From a bacterium (GTDB lineage: Bacteria; Zhuqueibacterota; Zhuqueibacteria; Oceanimicrobiales; Oceanimicrobiaceae), in assembly GCA_046757025.1 (NCBI GenBank), contig JBHHXN010000151.1, positions 1 to 12,491 of the forward strand: 12,491 nucleotides of DNA, given 5' to 3'. The notes beneath the pieces were generated by a model that was not told the DNA's origin, ran no database searches, and saw only the letters and a list, made by a program, of their open reading frames with translations. This document shows, one piece after another, positions 7,143 to 12,491 of this stretch; positions within the stretch are counted from its first letter, which is position 1, and the number at the start of each line of letters is the position of its first letter. The translations under genes and the position numbers were made by a program.

Positions 7143-7240
7143 CCGTAGCACTCAGTCAATGTGCACTCAGTTTTTTGACCTTGCCATTCAGTCAGAACTT
7201 CATCTAGTGATTTGAATTTATTGTTTTAAGGGAAAGTCCT

Positions 7241-7525
7241 TTGCCTGATAAAGATTTAAAAGAACGCGTCGAGGCCGTTGATCATTTGACTTCTCTATTC
7301 AAAGTTGAACGGTATATTTATCTGAGCATCATTTTTGTGTGTTTGATGATTCTGCTGGTCAGCGTGGGCTTAGCTCTGTTTGGCGGCAAAGAAAAAATCA
7401 GCAATCAGGCGTTCATCACTTCCATGTTTGGCTCCGGCGGTATCCTCACCGCCATGACCGGCCGACTGCTGCACATGTGGAACCGGGCCATGGATTTAAT
7501 AGATGTTAAAAAACAAGCGTCGTAA
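7241..7525 (+). CDS. Small two-transmembrane protein (94 aa)
   Basis: TTG start after AAGGGA. Two hydrophobic segments (YIYLSIIFVCLMILLVSVGLALF; AFITSMFGSGGILTAMTG). First gene of a tight co-oriented cluster. Confidence 0.75.
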   Translation: MPDKDLKERVEAVDHLTSLFKVERYIYLSIIFVCLMILLVSVGLALFGGKEKISNQAFITSMFGSGGILTAMTGRLLHMWNRAMDLIDVKKQAS

Positions 7526-7556
7526 TCAAAAATGAAAATCAAACCACAAAAATAGC

Positions 7557-8075
7557 ATGCCGGGCAAATCCCAAAAATTAGCCAATATTCTCACCATTAT
7601 CGGCGCCGCACTTGTGGCGTTTACGCTGTTTTACAGCATCCGTGAATTGCGCGCATTACAGGCAGAAGTGGGGCGGAAAAAGGCTGTTTCGGCCAAGCTA
7701 AATACTAAAATCACGGAGCTGAATGAGACCATCGAGCGCATCAAATTCGGCCCGATTGCGGAATTGCTCACTGTGAAAGCCATCGCCATACGCCAGGAGG
7801 GTAGAAGGGATGCCCAAAATCGGCAATTGTACAATTTTATGCTCTGGCTGGACTTACCTGAATTTCGCAAAAAAGATATCGAATTTGTGAAGTACTATTT
7901 TGATGATCCCAGCATGCTGAAAAAAGAGCGCATCGGCAAAGAAGTCTCCAACGGGTTTGCCATCAATTATTTGGGCTACGGCTGTTTACGGCGAGTCAAG
8001 GTGACCGTGGTGCTCAAGCAGCACCCCAATGTTGAAATCGATTTCCCTATGTGCGAGCGGATTGTTATTCAATAA
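7557..8075 (+). CDS. Membrane-anchored coiled-coil protein with C-terminal prokaryotic YEATS-like domain (172 aa)
   Basis: N-terminal TM, then a heptad segment (LNTKITELNETIERI), then YNFMLWLD...IEFVKYYFDDPS...SNGFAINYLGYGCL..VKVTV. This follows the YEATS pattern I..V.Y.(L/F)hP(s/t)....ngF.....G(W/Y)G. Confidence 0.8.
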   Translation: MPGKSQKLANILTIIGAALVAFTLFYSIRELRALQAEVGRKKAVSAKLNTKITELNETIERIKFGPIAELLTVKAIAIRQEGRRDAQNRQLYNFMLWLDLPEFRKKDIEFVKYYFDDPSMLKKERIGKEVSNGFAINYLGYGCLRRVKVTVVLKQHPNVEIDFPMCERIVIQ

Positions 8076-8093
8076 TGCAGCCACGAGAATGAA

Positions 8094-8618
8094 ATGAAAC
8101 AAGATGACGAACTAAAAAGAATCGCCCGGGCTTCGAAATTTGCAGCCGGTCTGTCGCTGCTGGCATTTTTGGTCGTGGCCGGGGTCATCGGCTACAGCAC
8201 CGTGGAATTGAATTCTGTGGAAAGCACCATCGTTTCACAAAAGTCTGCGGTGGATTCGCTCAAAACGCAAATTGCACAGTTAGAAACCACCATTCAAGAA
8301 CTCATTTATGCACCGAAAGCCACGCCCCATGTCCATGCCGAAATTCTGCCCGGAATCCAAGATGTGCGCGGACGTCAGCTTTACGATTTCACTTTGTGGT
8401 TTGATGTGGCTGCCTTTCAAGACAAAGAAATCAAACAGGTGAAGTACCGCGCAGACAGCCCTCTTTTTCAGGAGGTAACTACAACAGAGCGCTCCAACGT
8501 TTTATGTGTCTATTTTCGCGGCCCCGAATGTCTCGAAAAAGTGACCGTGGAGATCAGATATTCAAACGACCAGACCGAAGAAATCGACTTCAATATGTGT
8601 GAAGCGCTGGGCTGGTGA
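8094..8618 (+). CDS. Paralog of 7557..8075: TM, coiled coil and diverged YEATS-like domain (174 aa)
   Basis: Shares YS..EL, TI, G..D...RQLY.F.LW.D...F..K.I..VKY..D.P, E.SN, G..CL..V.V and EIDF.MCE with the upstream protein. GYG is replaced by GPE. Confidence 0.8.
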   Translation: MKQDDELKRIARASKFAAGLSLLAFLVVAGVIGYSTVELNSVESTIVSQKSAVDSLKTQIAQLETTIQELIYAPKATPHVHAEILPGIQDVRGRQLYDFTLWFDVAAFQDKEIKQVKYRADSPLFQEVTTTERSNVLCVYFRGPECLEKVTVEIRYSNDQTEEIDFNMCEALGW

Positions 8619-8660
8619 CCCCCGCATCTTATCTGATTTTTCATAAAAGTTTAATTTTAG

Positions 8661-8735
8661 AAAAAGCTCTCCCCGACAGGAATTGCAGTACCTACTTTGA
8701 CTAAAAAAGTTTCTCTTCACTGCCGGGGAGTGAGC
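8661..8735 (-). terminator. Long-loop stem with U tract between convergent genes, probable terminator of the minus-strand lipoprotein gene
   Basis: Minus strand CTCCCCGGCAG (8730-8720) pairs 11/11 (one G-U) with CTGTCGGGGAG (8679-8669), followed by AGCTTTTT. The 40-nt loop is atypically long. Confidence 0.4.
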
Positions 8736-8862
8736 CGGGCTTCAGCAATTTGTACGCCCCATTTTTAGAATTGGCGCCACCATCATGGAGGATAATCAGG
8801 ATAATGTTTCAGAAGACTGTTTTGCTTTTGGATTGGTCTCATTCGAAAAAAAACGGATAGTG

Positions 8863-9690
8863 TCAATTTTCCGGTTTAATCGAAAATTCCAATTTGTTAT
8901 CTGGCACAAGCCGGGCCGAAGCGGGCTGGTTTTCCGAGTCGAGTTGAACCACTACCCACATTTTAAATTTTGACGGCATTTGCGGTCTGGCGCCGCCCCT
9001 TCTGCCGCCGAAACCGCCTCGTCCTCCACCAAATCCACCACGCCCCATTCTGTCTCGCATGGCTTCGCGATCGATATCAGTGGTCTCAAAACCGATGCCA
9101 AGCTGCCTGCCGGCAGCGATTCCGATGGCAAAGGGGTGCCATTCGGTTTGTGCCAGCGGGACTTTGATTTCATAAATTAGTTTTTCTGCGAGATCGCCAA
9201 ACTTGACCTCGATGCCTTGTAGATCAGCAACACGGATTCTTTTAATTTTTTGGTCAGGCAAGATCAATTCGATTTCCAGGAGGGCACGGTCGAGGTTTTC
9301 CCGCATGGCTTCGAAGTCAGGTTCCATACCCGGCGCTGGTCGCATCAGCATGCCCGACTCCATCAATCCCACTGGAAATTTAATTCCGAATGATTTCTTC
9401 TGGGTGCCGTCAGGGTCAAACCAGAGTGTGAATCCGCTGGCAATTATTTGACGCTGCAGGTCGCGATCGGTGGACACCAGACACAGGTACAAAAAGTCTT
9501 CATCGTTAGCCAGGCCCACTGACACGTTTTTCTTTTCGATATAAATCAACGCATCCTGCCAATCGTCCACTATGCCGTCTATTTTAATTTCCTGATCTGG
9601 TAAATGGCTGTTCAACTGAAGCTGGCTGCCGCAGCCGGCGGTCAAGGCCATGAGAATGCAGGTGGTAGCTAATCGAGTAAAATACTGCAT
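8863..9690 (-). CDS. Hypothetical lipoprotein, possible DOMON/CBM9-like beta domain, with Gly/Arg-rich segment (275 aa)
   Basis: Signal peptide with lipobox LTAG-C20. Motifs IKIDG..DDW, NDEDFLYL, LWFDPDG and YEIKVP. Low-complexity GRGGFGGGRGGFGGRRGG. AAGGA SD upstream. Confidence 0.8.
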   Translation of the reverse strand: MQYFTRLATTCILMALTAGCGSQLQLNSHLPDQEIKIDGIVDDWQDALIYIEKKNVSVGLANDEDFLYLCLVSTDRDLQRQIIASGFTLWFDPDGTQKKSFGIKFPVGLMESGMLMRPAPGMEPDFEAMRENLDRALLEIELILPDQKIKRIRVADLQGIEVKFGDLAEKLIYEIKVPLAQTEWHPFAIGIAAGRQLGIGFETTDIDREAMRDRMGRGGFGGGRGGFGGRRGGARPQMPSKFKMWVVVQLDSENQPASARLVPDNKLEFSIKPEN

Positions 9691-9905
9691 GAGGCATTCC
9701 TTTTAATAAAATGGTACGAATGAACGGCTGAAATAAAAGGCTTAAGCTGACCCGGCAGGGAAGATATGTGCGAAATAAATTGGCGGTAGAAATAGGAGCT
9801 GTTTTGCTGGTTGTTCCCATATAATCGGGCTATTTTTATCTCAGCCGGTTGTTTGTGATGTTTTATTGAGCGCTTGCAAAAGAGCCCTTACTGTGCTTGG
9901 CCAAG

Positions 9906-9951
9906 CGACCTCGCTTGCAGCTCAGATACGGTTAGTGTACAGGCGAGGCCG
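9906..9951 (-). other. Intergenic stem-loop downstream of the Spy/CpxP-like gene
   Basis: Minus strand CGGCCTCGCCTGTA pairs with TGCAAGCGAGGTCG at 13/14 counting two G-U pairs. No immediate U tract. Confidence 0.45.
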
Positions 9952-9994
9952 TTGACTGGAGTCTTTTCATATTTTCGTTCTGGATCAGGTTTGA

Positions 9995-11005
9995 TTATTG
10001 ACGGTGAAATCTTTTAAACGGTCGCTGTGACCGTTGAGCTTTTAAGTCAGTGTATTTTTCCAATTGCTCTGGCGTGAGGATGCTTTGAATTTGCGCCTCG
10101 ATTTCCTGCATTTTTGCCCGTATGGCCTGGCGCATCTCCTCTCGGTTGCGCTGTGCACGATTTTCCTGCGAGGCCATTTGAAATTCTTCGCGCAGGCCGT
10201 CGAAGATTTCTTTGAGCTGCTCTTGCTGGGATGCACTCAGGTCAAGGGCTTTCGCCAGCATTTCAGCTCGATTGAATCCTCTGTTTTGAAATTGACCGCG
10301 TCGTCCATGAAATCGTCTGTGCTGGTCTTGCATTTTTTGCTGTTTTTCCGCTTTCAGCTCTTCATACAAAGCCTGTTGCTCCGGAGTTAATATCCGCAGC
10401 AATTGCTGTTCGTGCCGCTGGCGTTGTTCTTTTCTTTGCTGCATGGCTTGCCGACGGTTTTCCTGTTCCCCAAATTTGAAGGGCAGCATCTGGCCGAAAC
10501 CCCACTCTTTGAGCTGCTTTTTCTGATCGTCTGTTAAATTCAATTTCGACCCCAACTGCTCGATGCGCAGGTCGATGAGCTCTTCTGGCACTGTGCCGTT
10601 TTCCAATTGTGTTTTAAACGCATTCAGCTTTTCTTGCTGTTCCGTGGTTAACACTGCCAGTATCTCATTGTGAATGGATTCCCGCATTTCCTGGCGCTTT
10701 GCTTTCATTTCCTCGAACGAAGGCCTGTTTTTAAAAGAATCTCTGGTGCGTTGATGTTGCTTTCGGTGCGATTTCAAGATTTCCTGAATTTTGGCACTTT
10801 GCTCTTCTGTCAAATCCAGAAGTTTAAATAACATACTACCATGCCCAAATGGCGCCACAAAATTAGCATCCAGACTGTTGGGATCGGATTTGCTCAAAGC
10901 GAACGATTCAACTGAAGTCGGCTCAAGACCCGCTTTATTTGAACAGCTCACTACCAACGCGGTAATCGTGAGCATCATACTCAAAATAAACATGGTTGAT
11001 TTCAT
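9995..11005 (-). CDS. Lipoprotein with three tandem Spy/CpxP-like (LTXXQ) modules (336 aa)
   Basis: Lipobox VVS-C21. Six motifs in three pairs: LDLTEEQ/VLTTEQ, LNLTDDQ/ILTPEQ, LDLSASQ/ILTPEQ. Helical Q/E/R/K-rich composition. AAAGGAG SD upstream. Confidence 0.88.
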   Translation of the reverse strand: MKSTMFILSMMLTITALVVSCSNKAGLEPTSVESFALSKSDPNSLDANFVAPFGHGSMLFKLLDLTEEQSAKIQEILKSHRKQHQRTRDSFKNRPSFEEMKAKRQEMRESIHNEILAVLTTEQQEKLNAFKTQLENGTVPEELIDLRIEQLGSKLNLTDDQKKQLKEWGFGQMLPFKFGEQENRRQAMQQRKEQRQRHEQQLLRILTPEQQALYEELKAEKQQKMQDQHRRFHGRRGQFQNRGFNRAEMLAKALDLSASQQEQLKEIFDGLREEFQMASQENRAQRNREEMRQAIRAKMQEIEAQIQSILTPEQLEKYTDLKAQRSQRPFKRFHRQ

Positions 11006-11208
11006 TTCAGGACTCCTTTCTTGCTAGTTAAAATTCTTTTTTAAAGATACCTATTGGGGCTTCATTACTGAACGGGGTTTACACTTCAGCGTGTTTTTTC
11101 CCTCACCCCAACACACCGTCTCCCCTCGGTCAGGAATCGCCCAATTTAGTTTTTACATGAATCTGATAAAAAAACTTTGGTGCACGCTTGTTTTTCATCA
11201 ACTGCAGA

Positions 11209-11237
11209 TTAGACAAAGCATAAGGGGATTTCATTCC
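11209..11237 (-). promoter_or_regulatory. ECF (sigmaE/AlgU-like) promoter upstream of the Spy/CpxP-like gene
   Basis: Minus strand GGAATG (11237-11232)-N17-GTCTAA (11214-11209), matching the spacing and form of the GGAACT-N17-GTC(A/T)AA consensus. Confidence 0.5.
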
Positions 11238-11701
11238 TGGTACTCGAAAAATTCTTTTTCATGAATAAAAATGCACCAACTCGGGATTACACATCGAAGA
11301 AAAACGTCTCGCGCAGGCTGAATGGGAATGAGCTAAGCGGCTGTAATTCAGGCTTGTGTATTGCGAAGTTTTCACTTGCGAAAAAGAAATAAAATTTACA
11401 TATTGAATTTGATTCTGCTTTAACAGTTTAAGAATGGGTTTACTTATGAGGCATTTTTCATCAAAAAAGTTCGAGCCTTCCAACCTCTTAATTCATGAGC
11501 TGCGGCTCTATCTCAATAGATATATCAAAAAAAGTATTATTTTCTCATAGGCAAAAAGCAGGCAGCTTGTCGCAGTATGATTAGTGTATTTTAATGAATA
11601 AGCTGTAAAAGACGGGGCCGTTTAAAAATGCTTGGTTTGGTGCTCGAGTGAGGGAAAAACGTGCTTACTATCAGAAATTAAACAAAACATACCCACCCAT
11701 C

Positions 11702-12313
11702 ATGAAAACACAAAAGCAAGACACCATTACAGAAATCCGGCTGCAGGGGAGAGGCGGACAGGGCATTGTCACCGCCGGTGAGCTTTTGGGCAAGGCCGCG
11801 ATTTTGGAAGGTAAATTTGCGCAATCCATTCCGACTTTTGGGCCCGAAAGAAGAGGCGCGCTTTCCACCTGCTCCCTGCGAATCAGCGGCCAGGAAATCT
11901 TGTTGAAATGCAGCGCCACCACGGCTAACGTGCTTTGCCTGCTGGACCCCACCATCTGGCATTTCGTCAACATCACCGCGGGATTTGCAGAACAGGGTTT
12001 GATGATTTTTAATACCACCAAATCCCCGCAGAAAGTGTATGAAGAGCTTCGGTCCGGGGATTATGGCTATGCTTTGACAGTAAAAAAATGTTCTGTTTTT
12101 ACGGTGGACGCCACCGGCATCGCCCTGAAAACATTGGGAAAAGCCATTACCAATACCGCCATGATGGGCGCCTTTGCCAGAGCCACGGATCTGGTGCAAA
12201 TGGCATCTGTGCAAGCGGTTTTGCAAGAAAAATTTAATAGCCGAGCTGTTGTAAATTTACAAATGGCAGAAACGGCTTATGAGAAATTAGCCGGTGAAAT
12301 TTTCAGCTTGTAA
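11702..12313 (+). CDS. porC: Pyruvate/2-oxoacid:ferredoxin oxidoreductase gamma subunit
   Basis: EIRLQGRGGQGIVTA, FGPERRGA, VDATGIA and NTAMMGA motifs. ATG 11702 is preferred over GTG 11648 because family similarity begins a few residues after it. Substrate specificity is not determinable. Confidence 0.9.
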   Translation: MKTQKQDTITEIRLQGRGGQGIVTAGELLGKAAILEGKFAQSIPTFGPERRGALSTCSLRISGQEILLKCSATTANVLCLLDPTIWHFVNITAGFAEQGLMIFNTTKSPQKVYEELRSGDYGYALTVKKCSVFTVDATGIALKTLGKAITNTAMMGAFARATDLVQMASVQAVLQEKFNSRAVVNLQMAETAYEKLAGEIFSL

Positions 12314-12421
12314 ATTTTTGTGATAATTTAAACGATGCCGGCATCAAAATGAATAGATAAATCGACAAAATGAAATTCTGAAGCACCATTCGAAGCTTGA
12401 ATTAAAACGGGAGAAATCATT

Positions 12422-12491
12422 ATGGGCATGGAAAAATACGAGTACTTTGTGAAGCGCGCAAAAAATACCCTGACCTACGATCCCGGCTGGT
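12422..12491 (+). CDS. 5' fragment of the next gene, probably another 2-oxoacid:ferredoxin oxidoreductase subunit (delta?)
   Basis: GGGAG SD, then ATG 12422, open to the window end: MGMEKYEYFVKRAKNTLTYDPGW. Identity inferred only from gene order. Confidence 0.5.
   Translation, partial: MGMEKYEYFVKRAKNTLTYDPGW

Noticed and set aside
8700..8790. Cobalamin or fluoride riboswitch-like words (CACTGCCGGGGAG; TGATGGTGGCGCC)
   Set aside because: The other conserved elements are absent and the site is between convergent 3' ends.
11259..11483. 74-aa minus-strand ORF in the divergent promoter region
   Set aside because: Non-ATG start, no SD and no motifs. It is probably non-coding regulatory DNA.
11648..11701. 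N-terminal extension of porC from GTG 11648
   Set aside because: The extra 18 residues precede the family's usual N-terminus. ATG 11702 fits better, although neither start has a clear SD.
11671..12226. Antisense ORFs of 116 and 182 aa over porC
   Set aside because: They are reverse-strand shadows of a conserved enzyme gene.

Overview
Bacterial window with no rRNA, tRNA, CRISPR array or transposase. In order it holds: (1) the 3' part of a large, internally repeated multiheme c-type cytochrome gene, open from the window edge, with 16 CXXCH plus one CX3CH motif visible; (2) a YdjM-like membrane hydrolase gene; (3) a pheA (prephenate dehydratase) plus PLP aminotransferase operon, whose long upstream region holds a probable attenuator, REP-like palindromes and a 228-bp MITE-like element; (4) a YbjN-like small protein gene; (5) a nested palindromic repeat region; (6) a compact three-gene operon encoding a 2-TM protein and two paralogous TM/coiled-coil/prokaryotic-YEATS-like proteins, the best candidate for an undescribed system; (7) two lipoprotein genes, one a triple Spy/CpxP (LTXXQ) protein behind an ECF-type promoter; (8) the start of a 2-oxoacid:ferredoxin oxidoreductase operon. 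All family assignments come from motif recognition by eye, not from database searches.
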